DNA of 64,000 nt, taken from the NCBI RefSeq assembly GCF_001194135.2, contig NC_068994.1, forward strand, positions 29,020,773 through 29,084,772, given 5' to 3'. The notes beneath the pieces are model-generated. The model had not been told where the DNA came from and ran no database searches. It saw nothing but the letters and a program-made list of their open reading frames with translations. The position numbers were made by a program, and so were the translations under genes. Source of the stretch: Octopus bimaculoides (Eukaryota). Shown piece by piece: positions 22,486 to 36,478 of the stretch (its first letter is position 1; every line of letters starts with the position of its first letter).

Positions 22486-23085
22486 CCTCTAATATATACC
22501 TGCTAACTCAGATGCCTACTACAGATCCCTAGCTCCAGCCTCAGCTGTGAACTTGGAGCCAAACAGATGACTGATTATAGCACTTACACAGCATACCTAT
22601 TCGTTTAGATCACCTGTGAACTAAATCCCTCATATTCTTTTTATATATATATGATCCATCAATGGATCATATATCCAAAAAAGATGCACATTCTAAACAT
22701 TAGAGCAGTAATTTATTTATAGGAACCTAATTATATGGCCAGTTATAGAGTGAACAATGGTTTTGCATCCATAAAGGGCTTAGCCTTATAGGCAGCTAGT
22801 TAGACCAAAATGGCTGTGGACATAAAACCCCTCTTCAAATTGGAGCTATCCGAGGTCATAAAGCTCCATATTATCCAAGAGAGAGATGGTGGCTTTCATG
22901 ATGTGTAGATGTGTGCAGTGGTGGTACAGTATGCTTCTTTTTTGTATATATAATCCACTGATGATCCATTACATGACCCAGACACAGAGTGTCTTACAAA
23001 AGCCACCATGTGGTTTGTGTTTAATAGCTGTAGTACTGCTATGCATACACACATATATGTACATATATATATACATATATGTATG

Positions 23086-23146
<61 letters not shown>

Positions 23147-23239
23147 ATATATATATATATAAGCATGCATAGACACCCATATATCTAAATTTATATACAT
23201 GTACATACTTACATATAACTAGCAGACCATCAGTTACGA

Positions 23240-23545
23240 TGATGAGGGTTTCAGTTGATCCAATCAATGGAACAGCCTGCTTGTGAAATTAATGTGCATG
23301 TGGCTGAGCACTCCACAGACATGTGTACCCTTAACATAGTTCTCAGGGAGATTCAGCATGATACAAAGTGTGACAGGGCTGGCCCTTTGAAATACAGGTA
23401 CTACTCATTTTTGCCAGCTAGGTGGACTGGAGCAACATGAAATAAAGTGTTTTGTTGAAGAACACAACGCGCCACCAGGAATTGAACTCATGATCTTGCG
23501 ATAATGAGCCGAATACCCTAACCATTAAGCCATGCACCATCATTA
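23240..23545 (-). mobile_element. tRNA-derived SINE (family C); partial copies at ~35640-35875, 47560-47775, 53200-53470
   Basis: Head GCATGGCTTAATGGTTAGGGTATTCGGC..GAGTTCAATTCC followed by a conserved central domain. Confidence 0.8.
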
Positions 23546-23999
23546 CATACATGCACACAAACATACATGCATGCACATACACTGGGTTTCTTTCAGTTTC
23601 CATCCACTTGCAAGGCTTTCTTCATAGTTTAGTAGAAGACACATGCCCAAGGTGTTGCACAGTGGAATTGAACCCAAAACCACATGTTTGGGAAGCAAAC
23701 TTCTTAATGAGACAACCATGCCTGCTCCACTATATATATCTAGATTAAAGATATATTCATGCCAAATTTATATGTATGTAAAATATATAAGGCAACAATA
23801 TACATTTCACCTAAGTTTATTACTGTTGAAATCACATTTCTGTTGTTCAATATATCAAAATAATTTGACATATTCAGACTCACATACATATATGCAGACA
23901 CCCCCCCATGATGTCATACTCACAGTCAGCATTCATGTATACTTACAATGAGCATGTACACACACATATTCATAAATCTGTAAGAAATCAATTCCTCAA

Positions 24000-24760
24000 T
24001 CATTCTCAGAGGTTTTGTTCCTTGTAAATTCACTGAAACTGATTTGAGATTAAGTGAAACATAATCCTAATGAATAAATAAAATTATTTTAATGAAATTT
24101 TTGTAGGAATTTGTTTGCATTCAGTAAAACATGTGTCTTCAATTGAAATCCATCTAGTAGGGTAATTTTTCCATTTGAAGGAAAAAAGAAATAATTTGAA
24201 ATTTATTTAAATTGATTCTGTTTTGATAAGAGTCCATACAAGTTTCATCAAAATCCAAACTACTTTTATTGGAATTCATTAAGAAAATTCATTGAAGTTA
24301 GAGAGAAATTCACGAATACTTTATTGAAATATATTTGCAAAATTCATTCAGAATTTTATTATAGGAATACATTTGTAAAATTTATCAATTTTCCAATGCA
24401 AATTCTTCCATTTTGGTGCAAAATTTCATTCACAAAAATCACTGAATTTTTGAAGAAACTCATTCATGAGTCTTTGTAAAATATATTCAAGTTCTAGTAA
24501 AATTCTTTACATTTTTAGTGAAATTTATTGAAATATTCATGATATACTTTAATAAATTTCTTCTAAGTTTTACTGGAATTTATTGACATTTCATTGAATT
24601 TTCTTCAAATATTACACAAGTTTATTCAAATTCATTACAGATTTTGTAACAATTGTTAATAATTTTAATTTTTTTAGTCAGCAGCATAAAAACTAGTTTC
24701 GTCGATGGTATGTGTAGTTCATATTTTTTTGTCAATGAATGTCATAAACCAGTAAATTTT
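24000..24760. repeat. AT-rich cryptic repeat (AAATTCATTGAA-like motifs); a similar tract lies at ~57560-58110
   Basis: Recurrent AAATT(T)CATT/GAAATT motifs without a strict period. Confidence 0.45.
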
Positions 24761-25525
24761 TTTTAAAGTGGTGTGTGTGTATGTGTGTGTGTCTAATTAG
24801 TGTTTTTGGCATTAAGGTGAATATTTCATGTTACCAGTGGTTAATATTTATGGCTAGCTGTCATTTTATAGGTAGAGTATTTTACAGTTAGATTTCAGTG
24901 AGTTTATGAACAGAAAATTATGCAACAAACAGCCAAAACTGTTTAACAATAGGTTGAGTTTATCTTATGACTAATCTGGTCTGTATGTTTTAATAACCAG
25001 TAGTCAATATGTTTTGATTCTCAGTAGTCAATGTGTTTCAATGATTCCTTGGACTAGAATGTTCCAGAGCAGTTCATAAATGTGTAGTTTTTGGTTATTA
25101 GTTCTCAGATTGTCTTCAATTAGTTAATGTTTAAAACATTTCAATATTGTTTTGCTTTGTTTTTTTTTGCTTCTTGTTTCTGAACAATAGTTTATGATTG
25201 CATAATATCCAGTCTGTCAAGAGACAGCTGTATGTGTGTGTGTTTTAAAGTTTATATGTGGAATTAATTTATTTTGGGGAACAAAAGGTTGATATGAAAT
25301 GAAAAAAAGAAGAAAAAGATTTTAGGATATTAGTTCTTGTGGATTGAGTATATTCAACATGCTTCTAGCTTAAGCAGTATTTGTAGTGGTGGTGGTGGTG
25401 GTGGTGTGATGATATGCGGAGTAATGGTGGTGGGAAACGATGGTGTTGGCGGTAGTGGTGGTGAGAGAGTAAGAAGGGATAATAGGTTGTGATGGAAATG
25501 GTAGTATGACATTGTTTAAGATACT

Positions 25526-25565
<40 letters not shown>

Positions 25566-27134
25566 ATGTATGTATGTGTGTGCATGAGATAGGGATATGG
25601 AGTATATAGTAACAATAATGGGAACAACAAGTTTATTTGAAATAATGACAGTAACATCAACAATAAAAGCAACTGGAAGGAAATGAATTAATTCTTAGAA
25701 TATATTTTGGTAGAAGCTAGAAGAATGACAATCTAATTACGCAAAATGGGAATATAGTAGCATTTGTGATGATAATAGAACCGTTTATCACATTCAATTT
25801 ACAGTTATTTCTGAGGGGGCGAGTGAGCAGCATAAAGCATACATCATATATGGACCCAGGAATTTCATGGGATTACAGAAAAGTGTTTACATATATTGAA
25901 GACTGTCATTCATACACATTTTAGGAAAAAGGGCAGAAAGAAAATTTGCTCCTCTGAGAAGTCATCTCAGAGATCATTGCTGCCCCCCAGTACATGTAGA
26001 CCTACCACTGCAATTTATCAATTCATAGCACTCTAGCAATGGATCCCAAAGTTTTCACTTATCTGTAGGCATACTGTTTTTCTAATTCTGCTACACACAT
26101 CGACACTATATGTATATATATATACACACACACACACATACATATATGCATGCATGTATGTGTGTGTATGTGTGTGTGTGTATATTTATATATAATGAAT
26201 AAGCAAAAAGAAGAAAATGATTTGAGAACTTAATCATGGAAAAATTGAGAAAATATTTACATTTTTAACTACATATGTAGCTACTGGTTTCTATCATTTT
26301 AAAACAATGATTGTGTCATGCTGAAACAAGAGGTAAAAATTAATCTTTTCTTCCTTCTCTTTTTTATTTTTTTATCATTTTCTCTTTAAATTATTTAATC
26401 AGCCTTCATTATTGATTGAAGACTAGGAAAAGTATTTTAAATAATGTGTAAGCTTGTCATTAAATAAAACAAACAAATATATATCTACATTTATCTATCT
26501 ATGTACCTATCTGATGAGCTAAGTTTCTGTAAGATGCCTATGAAACTTGAAGTTGTGTAGGGCCAAATCAAATTGTTTTAAATAATAATATATGTAACTC
26601 CTACTAAATAATGAGTGCTTCCTTCTTTCATTTTGCCACTCACTTGTATACACACACACACACACACACACATGCATAGAGAGAGAGCGAGAGAGAGCAA
26701 ATTTATCCCCAAGGTTTATTTACTGTTGGAACATGACTGAAAGATTTCTCATCATTTAAACTATCCACTTCACTTGAAGATACATGCCTATTACAGGGAT
26801 TAAACTTAGTACTGAATACTCATCAGTTTTGCAAGTCACTCATTGCTTATAGCAGTGAATGTATCACTGGATGGTACCTACTCAACATCTAGTGGGCTGA
26901 ACTATTGTGACTGAAATACCTTGGCCACAGATACTGTGTAGTGCCAATGATAGGATATAAACCTCCATCCAATTGGAAGTGAAAGTATGGTTGGGTGCAT
27001 ACGAAGTTTGCTTAAGGGCCACATGGTTCTGGGTTTGATCCTCACTGCATGGTATTTTGACCAAATGTCTTCTATCAATGACTCAGGTTAATCAGTGTCT
27101 TCTATCAGAGACTAAAGTTGATCAATGTTTTGCA

Positions 27135-27570
27135 ACTGGAATTTGCACATCCACTGACAGATCAAGATTCCTGACACTGATGTGCTCCTGTATACCAACA
27201 TCCTGAAACTATAACCTGTCGCAGAAATTGCATCTGCAATGGGCTGGTCACATCCGATGCATGCCTGTCACTGCATCCCAAATGGCTTGTCTATGGTGAA
27301 CTCTGTCAAGGAAAGTTTGCTGAAGAGGTTCAAGTACTGTTTAAAAGTATCTCTAAGTGACCTCAACATTGCCTGGGAACAGCCTACCGAAAAACCAACC
27401 AAAGTGGTACAGTCTGACATACACAAATGCAAAAGAACTGCTGCTGAGATGAAATGTTCACCCTGCAAAGCTAGAACTATCAGTATCCCCAAGTGCCACA
27501 CCTTCCCATATGTGCTTCAAATTTGCAAGACCTGGATAGGCTTAATCATTCACCTCCAAAGCTGATCAGA
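27135..27570 (+). mobile_element. BovB-like RTE C-terminal fragment
   Basis: LQWAGHI..M...CIPKWLVYGELCQG; LKVSL; C..C..WIGL..HL zinc motif. Confidence 0.8.
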
Positions 27571-28480
27571 TCAGACTAGACACACAAGTTAATCTTGAGT
27601 CTTAGTCAATTTTAACAAAGAACATTTATATAGGGAATGAGCTAAGAACTAAATTAAATATTCTAAATTTAACTTTGAAATTACTGTATTTTGAATCCTA
27701 ATCTTTCTGGGGTCAACTACACATTTCAACCCTTTGAGGTTGAAAGGATGCTTGAAAAACACTTAGGCTGATTAGACCTGTAAAACTGACATTTTTATCT
27801 TGACAGAAGAAATTGAATTTGCAGTGTATATCTTGCAAGTTTGTGTGTATATAAAGATATAAAATTTTTTAACAAGCTCACTGGCTAATCGCAACACCAG
27901 TGCCTGTTCTGGCCCTGTTATTCTATATATTGCTGGTAGGGAAATGAACCGCAGCTATCTTTAGCAATTGAGCATCCATCATTGATGAAACCAAGCAAGG
28001 TTGAAATCATGTGATCTGGTGGTCTCTGAGCTGGAGATGGTGGGAATTTATCTCCCCTCTCATGGTAACTACCACAGTATAGTTTATTCTAATATCCACT
28101 CGATATTAAGACTAACTCTGTCACTAATAAATAAAATTTGGTGTGTATATTTAAACATTATTACATAGCCAAATGATAAGATAATTAATATTATTGTATT
28201 TTTTATCTTGCTAACACTGATTTAGTATTTCGAACCTCAAAAGTTCCACAGTTTACTGAGGAAGGCAGTGAGTTGGCAAAATCATTTGCATGTTAGACAA
28301 AAGGCTTTTCTTCAGCACTTTACATTCTGAGTTCAAGTTCTGCCAAGCTCTACTGTGCATTTCATCCCTTTCAGATTGATAAAGTAAGTTGATGTAAACA
28401 ACTAGCCTCTTCCCTCAAAACTGCTGAACTCTGCAATGGACAGACCCACCCACACACACATATATACATATATAAACACA

Positions 28481-29568
28481 CAGGGTGCGATGGGTAAATT
28501 GTCGCCATTTAATACTTTTAATTTCGCACATGTGCATTGCTTTTGATTTTGTCGACTACACAGTATAGTAGGATCAGCTGGGCATTGTCTGTGAGAAAAA
28601 CAGCACCATGATACAATTCACCCTGCCAGAAAGTTGGAAATGACATGCTGTACTGCTTGGCATTTGCACTGGAAGCTCCAATATGAACATTTCAGAGTGT
28701 TTGGGTGTCAATCTGAGGACATGTACTGAGAGTGATAAAAATCAGACATCCAGTCAACATCATGGTGTTTGGAGTAATCACCAGTGATGGCAACGTTATG
28801 CCTCCATTTATCTTCCCACATAGCCTCAGACTCAACATGGAGGCCAACATCAAGTGCCTGGAGGAGGTAGTTCTGCCTTGGATTAAGAAGGTGGCTGCTT
28901 GAAGACCCTATGTCTAGCAACAGGACTCTGCACCATGCCACACAAGCAGGAGAACCCAATCATGGCTGTCAGACAATTTCTGCGACCAAGTCACCCCTAA
29001 CATCTGGCCACCTAACTCCCCAAACTGCAACCACCTTGATTAATATGTGTAGGGTGTGTGAGAGACCAACAAAACTCCTTGTAACACCAAAGATGAACTG
29101 AGGGCAAGGATTATGACACCATTCACCAACTTAAACAAGGAGACCGTCCAGAAAAATTGCAGGAGATTCTGAAGTTGTCTGGAGGTTGTGGTTGAAGCCA
29201 ATTGCGATTTTATTGAATAATTTTACTCTTTAGTATTTCAAGATATTTTAATGTAATTTTGGTAAATATATCTGTTAAAATGAGATGTCGTTATTTTCAT
29301 TTTTGTGTAATTTATATGACAATATATTCTCTTCTACTCTAGGCACAAGGCCCAAAATTTTTGAGGAGGGGGCCAGTTGATTAGATTGATCCCAGTACAA
29401 ACTGGTACTTAATTTATCGACCCTGAAAGGATGAAAGGCAAAGCTGACCTTGGCAGAATTTGAACTCAGAACGTAAAGAGAGATGAAATACCGTTAAGCA
29501 TTTCGCCTAGTGTGCTAACGTTTTTGCCAGCTCGCCACCTTAGACAACAATATATTCACTGCACCCTG
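28481..29568 (+). mobile_element. Tc1/mariner superfamily DD37D (maT-type) element, internally deleted and pseudogenised
   Basis: TIR CAGGGTGCGATGGGTAAATTGTC with partner ..CACTGCACCCTG|TA; QDSAPCH..WPPNSPNCNHLD gives D-37-D spacing; IMVFGVITSDG. Confidence 0.9.
29330..29546 (-). mobile_element. Family A SINE inserted into the right TIR of the DD37D element, with an 11-bp TSD
   Basis: ACAATATATTC at 29319-29329 and 29547-29557. Confidence 0.88.
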
Positions 29569-29580
29569 TATAGATATATA

Positions 29581-30576
29581 TTGGGACATCCCATAAATAA
29601 TACGGTTTTTTTTAATTGCATGAACTAAAAGTCAGAGGGGGATGGGATAAACTACTTGCATCAACTTGCTATAAAAGACGGCAGTAATTTTACTTTATAT
29701 TTATTCTTAGTGCAAGTTTTGAAGAGTGCAGTTCGATTTTAACAGTTCTTTTTTCAAAGCTATAATGGAAGTGACAAAGGAGCATATTTTGCTTTATGAG
29801 TTCAATAAAAGCAACAATGCAATGGAAAGTGTGAGGAATATTAATGCAGTATATGGGAATTGAACAATAAGTGTAAGCCAGTGTCAACGGTGGTTCCAGA
29901 AATTCTGAGCTGGAAACTATAGCCTCTAGATGAGCCTCATCCTAGAAGATCTGTAGAGTTCGATGAGGATGTCCTGCTAACTCTGGTGGAACAAAATCTC
30001 ATCGTAACTGTTGAGGAACTAACAGAGAAGCTTGGATTTGGTCATTCAACCATTCGTTGACACCTGCGTGCCATTGGAAAAGTTAGTAAATTTGGTCAAT
30101 GAGTTCCTCACAAGCTTTCCGTGCAGAGAGTGAATGTGTGCTCTTCTTTGCTGTCACGTCTCACCAATGAACCTTTTTGGACAGAATAGTGACTGTTGAT
30201 GAGAAATGGGTTCTCTATAGAAATGTCAAGCACTGATGGGTAGAGAAAGGAGAAACACTGGCACTCTAGGCTAAAGAAAGTCTTCACCTATGTAAGGTGT
30301 TGTTATCTGTTTTGGTGGAATATGAAACAATAACAAAGGAAATCTACTGCGAGCAGCTTGAGCAGCTTAAGTCAGCACTAGAAGAAAAACGACCATCTTT
30401 GGTTTCAAGATGAAAGGTGTTATTTTGGAAGAGGTGCCTTGCGAGCCTACCAGATAGATGGAAGAGCATTGTAGAAAATGAAGGAGAGTATATTTTAGAT
30501 TAAAAAAGAACTTTATCTTAATTTTGAAAAATAAAAGAAGTATAAAAAAAAACACATTATTTATAGGATGACCCAA
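29581..30576 (+). mobile_element. Mariner (DD34D-type) element, defective
   Basis: TA|TTGGGACATCCCATAAATAAT ... ATTATTTATAGGATGACCCAA|TA; MEVTKEH..LLYEF, RWFQKF, Q*VPHKL, VTVDEKW; 3' catalytic part deleted. Confidence 0.92.
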
Positions 30577-30582
30577 TATATA

Positions 30583-30781
30583 TATTGTTGTATTTGAGGA
30601 TGGTCATGTTGCCAGTTTAGCCAATAAAAACATACACACTGTATATTTGGTGTTCCCTTGCTTCAGCTTTATTTTATATTGATTGTATTGTATAAACCTG
30701 AAGCAAATGAACACCAAATATATAGTGCGTGTGTTTTTATTGGCTAAACTGGCAACATGACCATCCCCAAATACAACAATA
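30583..30781. mobile_element. Palindromic MITE (~85-bp arms)
   Basis: 30583-30670 is a near-perfect reverse complement of 30694-30781. Confidence 0.9.
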
Positions 30782-30853
30782 TCTGTTTCAACACACGAAT
30801 TCACATTGAGAATCTTGCAAATGAATATATAAACGTATATATATATACATATA

Positions 30854-30947
<94 letters not shown>

Positions 30948-30954
30948 AGCATAA

Positions 30955-30999
<45 letters not shown>

Positions 31000-31186
31000 T
31001 ATAATATATACTGCATACATACATATACATATACACAATATATATATTTATATGCTACAAATGAGAAATCTGCAAGACCTTAAGATTTAAAGGATGATGG
31101 TTTAAATAAGATATTTTCCTTCACAACCTTGCTACCAAATAAATGACTGGTCAAAATTAACTCTAAATTAAAAAGAAAAAGAGAAG

Positions 31187-31225
<39 letters not shown>

Positions 31226-31392
31226 GCACACACACACTATACACATATATACACACTAAGGAAAACTGATTAAAAAAGTAGGATAGCAACAAATGTATTG
31301 AGTTGTGATTTATCTTCAAGAATTTGGCTTGTTGCTCCTATGGCATATGTCAGTGAATTCTGTCAGAGTTTATGCAGAAGCTCTACAAATAA

Positions 31393-31426
<34 letters not shown>

Positions 31427-31560
31427 AAAAAAAAACTATGTCTTCATTTTGCTTGGAATATTTCATTAAACGGTAATTATTTGAAGCTATGTCTGAAGTG
31501 GAAGGAAGTAGAATTAAATATGTCTTGTTTGTTTTGATTTTCTTTTAACTCAATGAAATG

Positions 31561-31594
<34 letters not shown>

Positions 31595-32625
31595 ATAGAT
31601 ACTTTGTGGCTCAGTTGCTTGATCATGTCAGAAAAGGAACTGTAAGACATGAAGAATACCCTCGAGAAAATTAAGGAATATTGCTTACAATCTTTCCAAC
31701 TTTTATAATTGACCAACTCTGTCCCCCAAAACTATTATACATAACACTGCAGCTATGTTTCACATTTAATAATTAGAACAAACCCTATCATTATTACAAT
31801 ATATTTATAAAACCTATATTGCCAACATATCCAGTGGTCATTGATACCTCAATTTCACATAAGTTGCTCAGAGTGTGTGTGTAGTGTACACACATACATA
31901 GCCTTGGGCCAACCAAAGCTTTGAGTGGATTTGGTAGATGGAAACTGAAAGAAGTCCATTGTGTGTGTGTGTGTATGTATATCTGTATGTGTGTTTCTGT
32001 TTGTCACCCCCCACCCATCACTTGACAACCAGTGTTGGTGTGTTTACATCCTTGTAACTCAGTGGTTTGGTAAAAGAGGTTGATAGAATAAGTACCAGGT
32101 TTAAAAAAAAAGTACTGGGGTCGATTCATTTGACTAAAGACTTCAAAGCAATGCCCTAGCATAGCTGCAGTCTAATGACTGGAACAAGTAAAAGACAAAA
32201 GATAAAAAGATATATATATATATATATATATAACAAGGGTGCTTTTTCCTTCTTGCAATTTTGCTGAGGTAAGGTGGAATCCTTATTTCACTTAGTTTTC
32301 TTTCCCAACCATGCCTGTGAAAATCTAGAGTTAACTTTTGTGGCTTACTAACATTATTATCTTTCATGAGTATTAATGTTCTGTATATATATATATATAT
32401 TAATAAATTATAGGGTAGCAAAAAAATTTTAGAAATTTTAGAAATTTTATTTACCACCAGTGGTCTAGCGAGAGTAAAAAAACAGTCAATAGACTATGTA
32501 AAAAAACAATGAATATATATATATATATGTATATACACACACACACACATACATATATACATACATACATATATATAAATATATATATATATTTATATAT
32601 ATATATATATATATNNNNNNNNNNT

Positions 32626-32729
32626 ATTCATTGAAGAGAAATCTATATACATACAGCAGCACTGTTTAAAACTAGTGTTATGCATACATGTGTGTGTGCT
32701 GTATGTATATAGATTTCTCTTCAATGAAT
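32626..32729. repeat. Perfect 33-bp inverted repeat abutting an assembly gap
   Basis: 32626-32658 is the reverse complement of 32697-32729. Confidence 0.85.
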
Positions 32730-33456
32730 TCTCCAGTGAAGGAAACCACTATTAAACTCATAACATTTCTTTCTTCAATCAACCGAAAACTGCCAAACTG
32801 ACCAGCATAGCTGAATAATCACAAAATAGTTTTAATAGTTCTGAGTTCAAATCCTATTGCAGTAACCTTAGTTCTGTTTCCTAGATTGATAAAATAAACA
32901 TTCATAATTTATTCATTCATGCACACATACACACACACTACTTGATGGGATGTAAAATACTCTCCCCTCCCATGTCTTAAAAAGTCACTCTAGGCCCTAA
33001 ATGCAAAGTTGGACATACCATAAGCATTAATGCACAAAACCCATTTTTTCCCCTGAATGTGCCCAGCTGAAATTGAGATATTTTTAATATGTCCTTGTGT
33101 CTTTTATGCCATCAAATATGATAAATGCATATACATATATAATTACAGTGTATTCCAGCTATCAATTGTCTGTATGTAGATGTTTTATTTTAAATGAGAA
33201 AATCATACATACATGATATATTTGAAATTATTCAAGTCTTAAATGTATTATTTTGAGACTCTGCTTGAAGATTTATGCATGGAGGATGATCTAAATGTAT
33301 GTATATTTCTATTATGAATTTAATACATTTATATTATTAATACTAATATTAATATTTATATTCATAAAATGTATTTTCCATATTGTAATGAAACATGTGT
33401 AACAGCATTAAAGTGATACCACATATTCAAGTCTTTCTTTTGATAAATATACACAT

Positions 33457-33512
<56 letters not shown>

Positions 33513-33516
33513 GTAC

Positions 33517-33555
<39 letters not shown>

Positions 33556-34719
33556 TGTGTGTGTGTGTGTGTGAGTGTGTGTGTGTGTATACATACTGGA
33601 ATAAATAGAGAAGAGTAATGAATTCATATTTGGCAAAGACAAATCTCAAGACTTCATTTTGTGGTTCTCTGAACATTTAGTGAGTTGGTTCAAAGTCAAA
33701 AGAGGCTTCTAAACCAGAATTTACCAATATCAACATCCATATCAGTGTATCAAAAATAACAACAAGATCCAAGAGAACAACAAAGACCACGAAAACCACT
33801 ACTACAAACCTGTCACCAATGTTGGCACTATCACCAAAACCATCACACATCATACCGACCACCAACCAAACATTTGTTCACCACGGTTACTGTCACCACC
33901 ATTATTATTAGTGGCATTTTCTTTGTTTAAAACATTACTATTATGTACAAGTGGTCTGCTAATGACTTTAACTGTGTTGAAGCAGATCAGGCTGATAAAA
34001 AAAATATCACTTCACCTCCTGTGAAATGTAACTAATATCCACAAGATTATGGATGGGTCTAATGTCCAATGTTAAGTCAGTCCTATGGACGGGATGATTT
34101 TGATATTTAAAGATACATGCATGCATAAATATTTACACAAACATACATGCATATAAGTGTGTGCATACATATACACACACATATATATATATATGCATGC
34201 ACACACACACATACATATATACATACATATATGATGTTAAAATGATGAATGATGATATATATATATATATATATATANNNNNNNNNNNNNNNNNNNNNNN
34301 NNNNNNNNNNNNNNNNNNNNNNNNNNNNNNNNNNNNNNNNNNNNNNNNNNNNNNNNNNNNNNNNNNNNNNNNNNNNNNNNNNNNNNNNNNNNNNNNNNNN
34401 NNNNNNNNNNNNNNNNNNNNNNNNNNNNNNNNNNNNNNNNNNNNNNNNNNNNNNNNNNNNNNNNNNNNNNNNNNNNNNNNNNNNNNNNNNNNNNNNNNNN
34501 NNNNNNNNNNNNNNNNNNNNNNNNNNNNNNNNNNNNNNNNNNNNNNNNNNNNNNNNNNNNNNNNNNNNNNNNNNNNNNNNNNNNNNNNNNNNNNNNNNNN
34601 NNNNNNNNNNNNNNNNNNNNNNNNNNNNNNNNNNNNNNNNNNNNNNNNNNNNNNNNNNNNNNNNNNNNNNNNNNNNNNNNNNNNNNNNNNNNNNNNNNNN
34701 NNNNNNNNNNNNNNNNNNN

Positions 34720-34766
<47 letters not shown>

Positions 34767-35063
34767 CATACACAAAAATTATAAAATTTCTTTCCTAGTC
34801 TGTATTATCACAATTGATAATAGTAATGTGAAACTCTGAGTGACAGCTTGTGAAGTTTGGAGTTTAATAAGATAAGACAGTATATATATAAATCAACTTT
34901 GTCCTCCACCAACATTACCATACAGTCATTGGCATTGACTCTTCTATGCAAGAATTGGTCTACAGAGTCATCAATGATATTACCATAAAGGAAGTGTTCA
35001 ACAAAGAAGAAAATAAATTCTTGGATACTAGATAAAGTTGCCACCGCTGATATGCATATGTAC

Positions 35064-35094
<31 letters not shown>

Positions 35095-35514
35095 ACCTGT
35101 ACACTTCACCTTCAAGAAATATATAGAGAAATGGTGTTAAAAGCTTGATTTCTCTGCTCTGTAGTATACACATATGCTACAGACCAGAGAAATTAACTAT
35201 CAAAACCTTTTCACTGTGAATTTCTTGATGAAGGAGTTCTAAACCTTGAAATATTGAAATACTAATCAACCTGTATCATTAATTTTTTATAACTTGCATT
35301 GTTTTGGTATAAAGAATTAAAACATTTATGCATATATATGTATGTGTGTGTATGTATGTATATATATATATATATACACACACACATATATGTTGAAGTG
35401 ACTGACCAGATATACAGATATGTATATATATATATACACACACACACATATATGTAGGAATGTGTGTATGTATGCATGTGTGAGTGTGAGTGGATATTTG
35501 CATATATATGTGTG

Positions 35515-35559
<45 letters not shown>

Positions 35560-35910
35560 CATACACACATATATATATACAATGATGATGGACTCCTGTC
35601 AAAGATGGTGTATGAGGTACAGCTCTTGCCAAATGACCTGCACAAATGATTTGTTTATAGTGATCAAATGTATGTGCCATAAATTAGGTCATCCTTTCAT
35701 TAAATCAATGTTGCCTGAACAGGTGCACTGTGTGCTACACGTCAGGTGTCGGAGTGATCGCAGAGCAACATGAGATGAAGTGTTTTGCTCAAGAACACAA
35801 TGCACCATGCGGTATAGGAATTGAAATCACAATCTCACGATCGTAACACCATAACCACTAGGCAATGCATTCTCACACACGCACATACATGAATGCACAT
35901 AATAGTATCA

Positions 35911-35959
<49 letters not shown>

Positions 35960-35974
35960 ATGATGATGATATGG

Positions 35975-36405
35975 GTGAAATAAATGTCGGAGATGCTACT
36001 CCGAGTTATTGCAAGCTCTTCTGAATTCATCACAATATTGGAAACCCTTCTGTATTGTCAGTAGGTGTCTCAGGGTCACAAGTGTTTCGTATCTTAGCCT
36101 GTTGACCTCAACTGATTGGGACAGCAAGAACTGAATTAGTCTTCACCTGTAGAATGGTTTCATTTGAGGTCTCCTGTCAACCGTAGTCATCTTGAGCTGG
36201 TTTCAGCAATCATAACTATCTCCTTGGTGGCCAGTTTTCAGTTGTCTGGATTCTAGACCAATCTTCTGCAGGAAACAGTGGAGCGACTCTGCTGGAAAGT
36301 CACACCAGCTGACTTCAATAGGGTATGAGCCCATGTGCCATCTCTTCACCTGTGCCTTTGGTGACCAAGTCCTGATATTTGTTTTTCTTCAGCTGGTGAG
36401 AAATA
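35975..36405 (-). mobile_element. Restriction-like-endonuclease non-LTR element 3' end (Hero/R2-like)
   Basis: LKKNKYQDLV ... PIEV ... FL.KIGL ... AETSSR.L motifs of the RLE C-terminus. Confidence 0.6.
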
Positions 36406-36429
36406 TGTGCGCATGCAAATATATATATG

Positions 36430-36478
<49 letters not shown>

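Noticed and set aside
22886-23008. C/D-box snoRNA (11-bp terminal stem, ATGATGT, internal CTGA)
   Set aside because: No D box next to the 3' stem on either strand; box C is imperfect
26505-26560. CTGATGAG...GAAAC hammerhead-like string
   Set aside because: Stem II does not pair, and stem I and the cleavage triplet cannot both be satisfied
35975-36130. Permuted hammerhead in the Hero-like 3' UTR (GAAAC...CTGACAA on minus)
   Set aside because: Core mismatch and stem II cannot pair
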